Below, piece by piece: positions 19,819 through 29,943 of a stretch of 57,717 nucleotides of DNA. Position numbers and translations under genes: made by a program. Below the pieces are notes generated by a model, which saw nothing but the letters and a program-made list of their open reading frames with translations, ran no database searches and had not been told where the DNA came from. The DNA comes from an uncultured Spirochaetota bacterium. GTDB taxonomy: Bacteria > Spirochaetota > Spirochaetia > SZUA-6 > Fen-1364. The stretch's first letter is position 1. The number at the start of each line of letters is the position of its first letter. The stretch lies in assembly GCA_963745235.1 (NCBI GenBank), contig CAVUXE010000008.1:1-57717 (forward strand). Reading direction: 5' to 3'.

Positions 19819-20222
19819 GCGCCGGGCCATGGTGCGCGTCGAGATGACGCGACAGGGCTTCCACTTTGCCCGTATGAAACAGCTTGGCGCCCTTTCAATC
19901 GTCCTTGCATTCTCCCGAATAATCCTGGTAAGCTGCTTTTTTCCCTTGTGCGTGCGCCCCCGGAAAATCCTGTTGGAGGATGCCTCCTGGAATCCCGGGG
20001 GCGATTCTTTAGGCTTTCCCAAAGAGGCACGGAGACATGGCTACTGTAATTGGAAAAGTCCCCCTGCGCCATGCTGACGATCTCCCGCGCTGGTACATGA
20101 TCGTGAAGAAAAATGAAGGCGATCCTTCCCAGGCGCCGACTTACCGCCACCGGACTCCGTGCCCAAAGAAAGATACAGAAAGCGCCAGGCCGTTTCACTC
20201 AGGAACTACCCGTGGCCTGGCG
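19819..20222. repeat. structured non-coding element, copy 3 (M+, H, core C, internally deleted M-)
   Basis: M 19819-19890, H 19955-20003, core 20026-20163, short inverted M 20182-20222. Confidence 0.85.
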
Positions 20223-20448
20223 AAGGCCGACCGGGTTACTTCAAATCGTTGCGGGTCCGAAGGCCCATGACATTTCTCACGGGGCGTGACGGGCCCACGT
20301 CAGCTCCCTTCCGACGGGCTCTTACTGTTGTGCTGGATCAATGCCGTATTCCTTTCTGATCGATTGCGAAAGGAATTGAGCATCGAAAAGATCGTGGTGT
20401 ATTTGGATACGACAAACCCTTCAGAAAACTTCACCACGGCCCTGAGCA

Positions 20449-22272
20449 CTATCTCCCACGGTCGGCTGTCAACTCCAAAGCTGCTACCGCCCCTACCGCG
20501 CTTCCCCGCCCGTTGTTTTCGTTGGCGTAAGCCTCCGTTTCACCTTCCACTTTGAACTGGCCTGCTATCGCCTGAAGGTCTTGCGCCAGCTCTGAAAGCT
20601 GCTCGACAGCACTCGATATCTCCTGCGCCGACGCCGCGGCGGCATGGGTGATCTGGTTCGCCTCTTCTACCGCACCCGAGACGCGCTTCGCCTTCTCAGC
20701 CTGCTGCTCCGTTGCCGTTGAGATGCTCTTGCTCATGGCCCCGATATTTTGAAGGACTTGCGACAGTTCTTTCACAGCAAGGACCTGTTCCGCCATGGAG
20801 GCGGACACAGCAGAGACAGTTTCCCTGACCTGCTGCGACGCGGACCGTATGTGGTCCATGGCCAGCCGCGAGTTCCCCGCGGTTTCCACCCCGCGGGCCA
20901 CATTACCCTTGCTTACCTGCATCAGCCGTTCGATCTCCTTCGTGGATCTCGAGCTGCGCTCCGCAAGTTTTCGCACTTCCTCCGCCACCACCGCGAACCC
21001 GCGGCCATGTTCGCCTGCTCGGGCCGCTTCGATGGACGCATTGAGGGCCAAGAGGTTCGTCTGATCGGCAATGTCGGAAATGACGTCCACAATTCCTCCT
21101 ATCATTTCCGAGCTGTCGGCAATCTGCTGCATCCCTCCTGTCACCAGATGTACGGCCTCGGAGCCTTCCGCTGCCTTCGCCATGGACTGGTCGGTCAACT
21201 CTACAATCTGGTCAACGCTTTTCGAGACATCCTCGATGGCATTCAGCACCCGAGCCATAGTGACAGAACCCTGGCTCACGGCCGCTGCCTGCGAGTGGGC
21301 GGCCTGGGAAACCTCGGCCACGGATGCGGCTAGGTGCTCCGCGGAGGCGCTTGTCACACCGAGTGAGGATGCCTGGCTCTGGGCGCCTTCCGCGATATGG
21401 ACGATGGCTGAATTGATTTCCTCGGTTGACGAGGCAACCAGACCTGCCTCTTCCTGGATCCGCGCTACCATCAGGCGAAGCCGCCCCACCATTCCGTTGA
21501 GCGCGCGAGCGAGCTTCCCCACCTCATCCCCGCGGTTGGCCTTGATCTCCTGCCCGAGATCCCCTGCTGCCACCAGCTCTGCCAGAGCGATTCCCCGCGC
21601 TAGCGGCCTGGTTATCGAAATCGCAAAAGAGATGCCAATTATCATCGCCAAAAGCGGCCCGGCGACGAGTGCGACCTCCGTTGCTTCGCGCACCTCAGCG
21701 ATTACATCCTCACCGTTCTGCGCAGCCTGGAAGGCGTATCCATTTTTCAGCTCGACGCTCGATGAGAGAATGCCAAGAGCGTTTTCGCGCTCCGCGCCCT
21801 CGACTCGGAGAACCTGCTCCACCATCCTCTCGTGAAGGGCCTTGGAAGGCGCGGCGCGGTAGGATTTCTCCATTTGGACAAAAGTTTCGTGTTCTTTCCA
21901 CCAATCGTCCCACGCCGGCTTGAACTCAGCCCACAGCGCTTGCTCCGTGTCCGTCCTTGAAAGAGGCTCATACGCCTTGAGCGCATTCCCGGCGGATTGC
22001 TCAGCGTCGATCAGGTGCGAATAAGCGGTCGTCCGGTCCTGGTCTCCTATCCCCTCGACGAGAAGCAAACACTCCGCGGCTTGCACCTCCTCCATCGCAA
22101 CCTTGAGGCTCAAAACGGAGACCGATCCGGGGAGAAGGCCTTTTACAGCGGAGTCGAGCAGAGATGCAACACGTGTGACGCTCAGCATGCCGAAATACCC
22201 GACCGGCACGATCAGAAGAGACACGAACAGAAACCCTGCGAGTAGCTTGGGGACCAACTTGAAGTTCCTCAC
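20449..22272 (-). CDS. methyl-accepting chemotaxis protein (4HB sensor, HAMP)
   Basis: [40 protein letters not shown]; 2 TM + HAMP. Confidence 0.95.
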   Translation of the reverse strand: MRNFKLVPKLLAGFLFVSLLIVPVGYFGMLSVTRVASLLDSAVKGLLPGSVSVLSLKVAMEEVQAAECLLLVEGIGDQDRTTAYSHLIDAEQSAGNALKAYEPLSRTDTEQALWAEFKPAWDDWWKEHETFVQMEKSYRAAPSKALHERMVEQVLRVEGAERENALGILSSSVELKNGYAFQAAQNGEDVIAEVREATEVALVAGPLLAMIIGISFAISITRPLARGIALAELVAAGDLGQEIKANRGDEVGKLARALNGMVGRLRLMVARIQEEAGLVASSTEEINSAIVHIAEGAQSQASSLGVTSASAEHLAASVAEVSQAAHSQAAAVSQGSVTMARVLNAIEDVSKSVDQIVELTDQSMAKAAEGSEAVHLVTGGMQQIADSSEMIGGIVDVISDIADQTNLLALNASIEAARAGEHGRGFAVVAEEVRKLAERSSRSTKEIERLMQVSKGNVARGVETAGNSRLAMDHIRSASQQVRETVSAVSASMAEQVLAVKELSQVLQNIGAMSKSISTATEQQAEKAKRVSGAVEEANQITHAAAASAQEISSAVEQLSELAQDLQAIAGQFKVEGETEAYANENNGRGSAVGAVAALELTADRGR

Positions 22273-22478
22273 ACTCTCCCTCCTTGGCAGGCGATGCGCG
22301 GCCGCGTCTACCGCTTATGGAAAATGGACTCGCCGTGAAGATTGTGGGTTTCTATCGTCCCTGTTGACTGTTAGAGATTGATTAAGTCCGTTCAAAAAGG
22401 GGCGTCTCCGTTGTGGGAATATAGCCGTTCCCTTACCGCTCCCCTTCAAATGTCAGATTAAAGGATGGCCCTTCGGGA

Positions 22479-22835
22479 TCACTGGTCGAGAGACTTTAGC
22501 ATGAACAACTCCAAATAGCGGATCAGAGGATTCTTTTTGGTAATCCTCATCAGGCTCTTGCTTGCCGAGAGTTGTTCCGCGAGGGCATGGAGCCTATTCA
22601 TGTCTGGCGGTTTCATCTGGAAGCTGTGCCGCAGAGGCCGCGTGTAGTCGCGCACGAGGGCATTCACATCTTCAACGAGATTCCGCTTCCCCTGCGTGTC
22701 AAACAAGGGGTTCCACTTCTCCGTCAGTTCTTCCAGCATTCCATCGAGAGATTTCCCCGCTGGCACCGTTTGGGCAATGAGTGACTGGATCGTCTTGCGA
22801 TAGCGAAGAAAGTTCTGGTCCTGAATCATCTTCAC
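22479..22835 (-). CDS. hypothetical protein (possibly a C-terminal fragment)
   Basis: 118-aa helical ORF with GAGGGGG RBS before GTG. Confidence 0.5.
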   Translation of the reverse strand: MKMIQDQNFLRYRKTIQSLIAQTVPAGKSLDGMLEELTEKWNPLFDTQGKRNLVEDVNALVRDYTRPLRHSFQMKPPDMNRLHALAEQLSASKSLMRITKKNPLIRYLELFMLKSLDQ

Positions 22836-22991
22836 GCCCCCCTCAGATGGTAAAACGCCACCGCCTGCAAGTCTCAGGGCATCGCTAAGAAAAGTTAAGA
22901 TATCATAAAGCCAGAACTGCGATGGCAGTAGACAGGGCGACCCATTATGGACAGAATACCGGCTCGGTATGAGTTGTTCGTGGGTGTTTGC

Positions 22992-24252
22992 CTACGGAGA
23001 CCCCGATGAGAAGAGCTGTTGATATACCTTCTTCTCACACTCGGGGCAGATTCCGTGACTAAACTCCACCTCCGCGTGGTCACGCATATAGTTTTCCACC
23101 CGATGCCAATACCCCTGGTCGTCACGGATTTTCTTGCACGATGCGCAGATGGGAAGAAGCCCGCTGAGTCTTTTTACGCTTGCCAGTGCATCACGTAGCT
23201 CAGAAACAATCTTCTCCTTCGCCTCCTCGTCACGCTTACGCCTAGTGATGTCGCGCAGTAAAAGAGTCTTCCCGATCTGCATGCCTTTTTTGCTTACGAG
23301 CTCCGTGATCGAGATCTCTATGACCATACTGCCCTCGTCAATTACGCTCGGCAAGACAACTGCTTTTTCAGCGGTTTTAGTTGGAAGATTGATCAGGCTC
23401 GAAACGACATCGTCAAGCTTTCTTCCGATGATCGAAGGATCAATCTTAAGAAATCGGCAAGCCGCCGGATTCATGTCGACAACTCGGTCAAGACGATCAA
23501 GGACAACCACTCCTTCCTGTAAGCCTTCTATCAGTGTCGTTCGCGCTCTGGGAACCAGATCCAGAAAATGCAAACGATTGAATGCAACCACGATTAGGAT
23601 CGCACTAATAGCAAACCCAACCGAGGTTGCGTCCAATCGGTAGAGAGGACTATTCGGTAAAATCGGAAAGAAGAAAGCCAATCCAAGGGATGATTATGCT
23701 GGCCAGATAAACCGTCGCCTGCATGGCATACACTCTGGCAACTTGAAAGGCAAGCCGCAGCAGGTGGTATGAGGCTAGAACGCTGAGAGATACAAACCAG
23801 AACATCAGCACAAAATACCAAGGCCCGTGAAGATAGATTGCTGTCGTGGCTCCAGTGACCGGCCCAAATATGACGCCTCTCCAAACGAGGTGGTGGAACC
23901 CATTCGTGAAGGCAAGGACTATGGTGGTCCCTGGAATTGACCAGACGGCGGCAAGCATCCAAGGCGACAAGGGCCAGCGGGACTCGGAATATTGAATAGC
24001 GAAAACCAGAAGCAACGGCGCGACGTTACAGAGACCGATAAAGCCAAAGGCGGCCCACAGGTACATATGGAACTCGTCGAACGAGGTTGTCTCCATCGCT
24101 GAGAAAAAACACCAAATTGCGATCGAAAAAAACATGAGCGTCAGAGCTGGTCCGCCCACGGCAGTGCCCTTGCTCCATGCGAAACTAGCGGTAACAAAAG
24201 TAATGAAAGACGCTCCGAAAAGAACGAGCGTAAATAGATTGATCCCTACCAT
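22992..24252 (-). CDS. HisKA_7TM-type membrane sensor + PAS + Cys-rich C-terminal domain (frameshift near 23665)
   Basis: 7TM N-terminus (TNGFHHLVW...HGPWY), PAS (GVVVLDRLDRVVDMNPAA), LLPICASCKKIRDDQGYW...FSHGICPEC. Confidence 0.8.
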
Positions 24253-24560
24253 ACCCCACCACCATGGTGCTGATCCGTAAGATCTCCAGAGGATAGCAGG
24301 TTAAACCAAGTATTACATGACTGTTAAGGGCGTATGAATATCCGTCCGCCCTCGGGGACACTGCGCCCCAAAAGCTGAATGGAAAACAGTGTCGCGCTGT
24401 TCCCTTGCGAAAAAAGAAGCGTCCTTCGAGCGAACCAAGCAAACAAGTTATGGGGAGAATGCGCCTTGCCCCCTCGACGCGCAGAGCAGCGGGTCGCGCA
24501 TATCCAGGAGGAGCGATGATAGTTCCCCGGTGCTCCATAACTGCGTAGATTCTCGGCGCC

Positions 24561-25016
24561 TCACCGTGGCCTTGTGAGCCCCTCCTCGCGCGCAAGGTCT
24601 TCGGCCATTCTGATCAGCGCATCGTGGAAAGCAGGCCGAAAATCGCCCATGGCATCGAAAAGCTTGGTTGATGCAGAGATCATCGCGTCGTAGATTCTGG
24701 CCACTTCCTGCTCACCGGCGCCAGTCAGTCCCAGCTTCACCTTGCGGCGATTTCCAGGGTCGCCGTCCTGCCTGAGGAATCCTTTCTTCATAAGGGCTGA
24801 AACCCTCTGACTAACAAGAGATTTGCTCATGTCCACGAAGTCGCTGACCTCCTCCTGCGTCGGAGCGGGCAATTCACGCGTAGACATGAGGACGAGAAAC
24901 TCAGGGTAGGTGATGCCTGACGGAGCGAGGAACCGAAGGCGGGCGATCCTGTCCAGCCGGGTGGTGATTTCATGCAGCAGATAGATCTCCGAGTCCTTGA
25001 ATCCCCCGCCTCGCAT
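24561..25016 (-). CDS. MarR-family transcriptional regulator
   Basis: GITYPEFLVL...TQEEVSD...SKSLVSQRVSALMKKG...NRRKVKLGLT; ATG overlaps the upstream TGA. Confidence 0.85.
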   Translation of the reverse strand: MRGGGFKDSEIYLLHEITTRLDRIARLRFLAPSGITYPEFLVLMSTRELPAPTQEEVSDFVDMSKSLVSQRVSALMKKGFLRQDGDPGNRRKVKLGLTGAGEQEVARIYDAMISASTKLFDAMGDFRPAFHDALIRMAEDLAREEGLTRPR

Positions 25017-27281
25017 CAGTAGACCTCCGTGTGGATGTACAGGGCCCCCGCCTTTTCGAGGAGACCCCTGCAGTCCGAGACCATGGCCGCGGAACCGCAG
25101 ACGTAAAAATCGGTTGTGGCGGGATCGAATGTAAGACCACCAAGGGCCGCCGTCACCCTCCCATGGAAACCGCCGGACGCAGGTGCCTCGCGGCTCAGAC
25201 AGACGAGTGTTGATCGCGGCAGAACCGAAGCAAAGCATGAAAGCGGATTGTCCGTCTGCGTCGCACAGCCGAACAGCAGCTCGGCGTTTCCCACTTCTCC
25301 GCGGTCGCGCAGCTCCTTCAACATGGGCAGAAAGGGTGCGAGCCCCGTTCCCGTGGCAACGAAGACGCGGCGCCGATCGTTCGAAAGCAGCCGGTAGCTC
25401 CCAAGGGGGGAGCTCAATCTCGGATTCTGTGCCCACCGCGGCGCCTTCGGCAAAAAGCGATCCCCTTCCCCCGGTTCTCGTGCTGACAAGCAGCGTGACT
25501 TCCCCGTCAGCCACGGATGCTATCGAATAGTCCCGCCACTCTTCATCCGCCACGCGGAGTCGGGCGAACTGGCCAGGGGCGAAACGAACAGGCTCGTCAA
25601 GTTTCCAGCGAAGCTCCCAGATCGTTGGGGTGATCCGGCGCTTGGACACAAGTACAGCTCTTTTCTTATCCAACGATCGCGTCGCTGCGGTCGGGCTGAC
25701 CTTCCCTCCCTGGACCGCCGCCATGATCCTGAAGAATCCAAAGGGACCGAGGATTTTCGTCGCCGCGCCCACTCCCCCCATCATCGCACCGACGATTCCA
25801 AGGCTGCCGGCGTCGGACCCTGAAAGATAAAGCCCCTTGATCGGCGTCACGGGACCAAGAAGCGTGCTCCGGTACCGTTGGGGCACCGCGGGCAGACCGT
25901 AGAATCTGCCGCGAGGATGCGATGTGTAGTGCTCCACCGTGAGGGGCGTTGAGAGCTCGCGGTACGAAACGAGTGCTTTGAGCCCTGGAATCGCGGTCTC
26001 TGCGAGGTCGACAAGCCCATCGGCGATTCTCTCTTTGAGCGACGAATAGTCAGGCCCGCGATTGCCGTGTGGTCTGTCCTTCCACGCTGCAAACGCAGCA
26101 TCATCCAGAAATGTAATGATCTCCGCTGTGTGGAACTTCCCCTCGCCTGACTTTGCAGATGGAAACGAAACGTAAATATGGCTGGGCCTTCCCTCGAGTG
26201 TGCCCCTTCCCTGCTCCGGGAGCGAATCGTGATCCGTGTCTGTGTTGACCCACACATTCTCGCCTTTGATGCCCAGGCTCGAGACAGGGGCTTTCAGACG
26301 TAGGTAGAGGGTGACCGCGCTGATATCCCCCTCGAGGTTGTCCACGAATGATCGCACCCTAGCGGTTTTTCCGCCGATCACTCCTTTCGTCGGCAGAAGG
26401 CGCCCGTAGGTCGAGCGCGCACCGACGTCCGAGATGATGACGGGCGCGCGGTATTCAACCTCGCGCGGCTCGGCACCTCTCCTGTCGATGGCACGGACCC
26501 CGACCGCTCTCTCTTGCTCGACAATGATCGATGTCACTTCCTGGCAAACATGCAAGGAGCCGCCGTATGCCTCGATGCCTCTCTCGAAGCTGCGGGCGAT
26601 ACGCCCGGACCCGCCTTCTGGGAACCAGGCCCCGTGGAGGTAGTGGCCGACAATTGTCGCATGGATCGCGAAGGCGCTCCGCGACGGGGGCAGGCCGTAG
26701 TCGCCCCACTGGCTGGTCAGAAGGGCTCGCAGTTGCGGCGAGCGGAACCGCTTCTGAAGGTAAGCCCCCGTGAGCTGGGTTGCCACGCGGCTCCCCAGAC
26801 GTCTGCCGAGGCTGATCCAGAACCCGAGGAAGGGCGGCATGAAGTTACGGACAAAGCCTTGGACGTTCCAAGCTTGGACCCGACGAATGTCTTGGAAATA
26901 GCGTCGAATCGCCTTTCCCTCAGCGGGGTAGCTATCGATGAGCCGGTTTTCATATTCGCGCGGGTCGGCTGGCACCTCAAAAGTAAGGCCGGGGTAAACG
27001 AAACGCTCGAAAATCTCCGGCATTTTGTTCCAGTGCAGTCGTCCCCCGGAGAGGAAATCCATGAAGGACCGTGCGAGGGTCTTCTTTTCCATCTCGCCAA
27101 CGTAGTGCAATCCGACATCCCAGGAAGCCCCGTCGCGGCGAAACACATGGGTCAGCCCTCCCGGTTCGGTGTGCTTTTCCAGTATCAGGACCTTTTTGCC
27201 CGCAACCCCAGCCAAAAGGCCTGCAGCGGTCATCCCTCCAATTCCCGATCCGATCACGATCGCATCCCAAGTCTCAGTCAT
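25016..27281 (-). CDS. phytoene desaturase/retinol saturase-like FAD oxidoreductase fused to FNR-like FAD/NAD(P)-binding domain (indel in G-run near 25405)
   Basis: IVIGSGIGG, WDVGLHY, TPIKGLYLSG; then FAPGQF...RDYSIAS, VFVATGTGLAPF, FYVCGS. Confidence 0.85.
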
Positions 27282-27295
27282 GGCAGCCTCCATAT

Positions 27296-27327
27296 GTTTA
27301 ATACACAAACAGTTTAATACTTAAACA
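27296..27327. promoter_or_regulatory. tandem palindromic operator (likely MarR site)
   Basis: GTTTAATACACAAACA + GTTTAATACTTAAACA, 14/16 identical; the second is a perfect GTTTAA-N3-TTAAAC palindrome; lies just upstream of the oxidoreductase RBS. Confidence 0.65.
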
Positions 27328-27464
27328 TAAAGAGGACAAGAGACTTCTGGGGGAGGCCAATCGGAAGGGCCTGACTCGACTTCAAGGTATGTCGCTTAGA
27401 CGGTGGTCGCGCGCACGACGTGGCCACCCTTACCGCGCAGGGGATCTCCGCGGTTTGCAAAATA

Positions 27465-28042
27465 GCAACGTGAGCACCTCCCGGAAGCGTGGCGATGAAA
27501 CCAAGCGTCGAAAAAACGGCTTTTCCCGTCAAATAAGGCACAACGCCCAGCCAGGTGAAAAAGGTCTGTTCTGCTGAATCGAATCCGACCGCGGTCAAAC
27601 CTGCCGCCAAGCTCTCCCGCTCGAAATCTACCGGTGCGAAGGTGGGTGCGTAAGGCACCTGGATCGCAGTGGCAACAAGCCGTTGGCGCTTCCACGCTTG
27701 CGTCGCTGGATGATCGACCTCGAAGATGCGCAGGCTTTCTCCAAAGGTACTTCGGTACGCGCAAGTGTCGAGCCCCGCGCCAAGCACTGCGAGTTGGCGA
27801 ACACCGCGAGCCACAGCGGCCGCTAGAGAATCTTCTGCAAAACGCGTTCTCACCGCAACGAACAGACGCATCATCCTCCTGGATGGGTCGTTCGTCGCTT
27901 CGCGCAAGGCTGCTTCTGCGTCCACCCCCAAGATGCGCACCGCCAGCGGATCTGTGAAGATAATGCCTTGCTCCAGCACTTGATGGGCGGCGCGATGATA
28001 GGCGGCACCCAACGCTGTACGGCTTGGCAGACCCAGTTGCAT
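27465..28042 (-). pseudogene. LCM-family SAM-dependent methyltransferase, 3'-truncated
   Basis: SRTALGAA..RA.H, RTRFAED, QLAVLGAGLDT, FEVDHPATQ.WK, WLGVVPYL; recognisable similarity ends near GGAHV. Confidence 0.75.
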
Positions 28043-28325
28043 GAAAGAAAGCTATTTGTCGAAGTCAGACGCTGTCAATGGGATAGCCATCGTTGAGCCA
28101 CTGCCGCTTACTCTCCGGTCTACGAAACCATGAAAACGAGACCGTAGGCGGCTTAGCGGCAGTGCCCTCATCGACTCGGCCACCGACTGGCTCGCTTCTA
28201 CGAAGGCAAGGTAATCCTACTACCCTCGCGCTTGACCGCAACCATCGCGTTCCTTCCTCCGTTCGCATTGAGAGCCCGATAGAAGCCCGTCAGGGACTCC
28301 ACCGTGACGCCGTTCACCGTTCGGA

Positions 28326-29138
28326 TCACTCCACTGTCAGTGTCCGGCGCAACACTGAAGCAAACTCCTGGGGATCACTCGCAAAACCGACGTGGCCGCC
28401 GGGAAACTCGATTAGCGACGTGCCCAGACGGTCGGAAAGCGCAGCGGCCGTCCGGTGCGGAAATTCACCCTTAGAAGCAGAGCCTGCTGCGATAACAACC
28501 CGCATCGAGGAGTTCCGGAGAGCTTCTACGTCCGCCTGGTACAGCACCACCGGCAGCAAGCTATGCCCGAAAAAGCGTTCACCGGCTGTTACCTCGCGCG
28601 CTTGAGCTGCGGCGTCGGAAGGTCCTCCGCTGCCCTGGGGACGCATCGCCATGCCGGTGAACGCCGCAAATCGCTCCCAGGCAGAACGGATGCCATCCCT
28701 TCGGTAGGTCTCATAGATGTCCCGCATCCCCTTCTCGGCTTCCTGCGCGTCTGGCAGGAACACGGCCACCGGGGGTTCGTGTGCCACGATCGTTCGCACT
28801 GAATCAGGATGCCGTGAGGCCAGGGCAAGAGCAGTGACCGCCCCGCCGCTGCTCCCGAACACTTGCGCTGGTCCATTTCCCACGACGTTGAGCACTTGGT
28901 GGACATCGTCAGCAATGAGGTCAGGGTCTGCGTCTTGATCGGGGTTGTCAATCGCGCTCTGGCCGAAGCCCCGGGGCTCGTAGGTCACAACGGTGTGATC
29001 GGCAGCGAGTAATGAGGCAATGACCGCAAATGGTGCGCTGTCCATCGGATGGCCGATGAGCATGAGGACGGGTCCCGATCCCCGTAACTCGTAGTACAGA
29101 TATGCGCCAGGAATGTGTAGCCTGTAACTTGTCGGCAT
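28326..29138 (-). CDS. alpha/beta hydrolase
   Basis: LYYELRGSGP, TYEPRGFGQS, FGSSGGA nucleophile elbow, FPGGHVGF. Confidence 0.9.
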   Translation of the reverse strand: MPTSYRLHIPGAYLYYELRGSGPVLMLIGHPMDSAPFAVIASLLAADHTVVTYEPRGFGQSAIDNPDQDADPDLIADDVHQVLNVVGNGPAQVFGSSGGAVTALALASRHPDSVRTIVAHEPPVAVFLPDAQEAEKGMRDIYETYRRDGIRSAWERFAAFTGMAMRPQGSGGPSDAAAQAREVTAGERFFGHSLLPVVLYQADVEALRNSSMRVVIAAGSASKGEFPHRTAAALSDRLGTSLIEFPGGHVGFASDPQEFASVLRRTLTVE

Positions 29139-29485
29139 ACACCCTCTCTCCTTGTCTCTCAGTTTACCAGTCGGTCGTGTCCAGCGGCAATTATCCTTCC
29201 CGCTCAAGCAGAGTTTTCCACACTATTACCCCAGCAGGAAGAGATCGAACTTTTTGCCGCCCTGGGAGGTTTGGTCGGCCTACCTCCCGAAAGATCCTTC
29301 TGTCACGAAGTAGACCGATCGCCCTTATAGGCAGTCGGGTCAATGCGACTCAAGAGTTCGCTCTTCTCTCGAAGGAGACGCCACACCTTTCGATGACGTG
29401 ACCGGACGAAAATTGGGGCTTCGAATTTTGGTACGCTACAAAACAGCTTCTCCGTGCGACCCTCCCCCATCCATTCTATCAGTTA

Positions 29486-29522
29486 TTGACAATACATCAT
29501 AGATACAAGATTATACATGTAT
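29486..29522 (+). promoter_or_regulatory. promoter with ATACA repeats upstream of RHH gene
   Basis: TTGACA-17 bp-GATTAT; three ATACA repeats and an ATACATGTAT palindrome. Confidence 0.5.
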
Positions 29523-29536
29523 CGGAGGTACTCCGG

Positions 29537-29701
29537 ATGGCACGTTTGACTATCGAAAAGTTCCCCGATGATCTATTCCGCCAGCTTAAGACATATGCGG
29601 CGAGCGAAGGCAAGACTATGCGAGAAATCGTAATTGAGTCTGTCGAAAAAGCCCTCCCACACACGTTGACGGTCAAGATCCGAGAGGGAGGCAAGTCGTG
29701 A
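29537..29701 (+). CDS. ribbon-helix-helix DNA-binding protein
   Basis: MARLTIEKFPDDLFRQLKTYAASEGKTMREIVIESV; GGAGG RBS. Confidence 0.75.
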   Translation: MARLTIEKFPDDLFRQLKTYAASEGKTMREIVIESVEKALPHTLTVKIREGGKS

Positions 29702-29943
29702 TCAGTGGTCATCTTCATCATCCGCCGCTGAGACGGAAGCGCCGGCAGAGCGGCTCGCTCGAGCACGGACCACTTTGCCCGTTCCCAGATTTCAACAATC
29801 TAAAACATCTTTTGCGAATGCAAAAAGCTCAGGCAATACGGATAGCTCTGGAATAGACCGGGTGCGAGGCCATTTGGTTCCGCTTGAGATCCTTTGTCAG
29901 CGGTCCGCCAAGAGCGGCTTTCTTGAGAGTAGGGAGGGGAGAA

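Noticed and set aside
11060-20198. Short - strand ORFs sharing SPVAVSQR / AREIVSM (11092-11289, 12690-12971, 19680-20198) as a protein family
   Set aside because: The similarity comes from the repeated element; starts, lengths and frames differ between copies while base-pairing is conserved
10981-20222. Repeats as CRISPR array or integron attC sites
   Set aside because: No regular repeat-spacer period, no cas genes, no RYYYAAC...GTTRRRY boundaries or IntI
24561-27308. 915-aa oxidoreductase-MarR fusion
   Set aside because: The junction region is out-of-frame filler caused by an indel; MarR has its own coupled ATG at 25016
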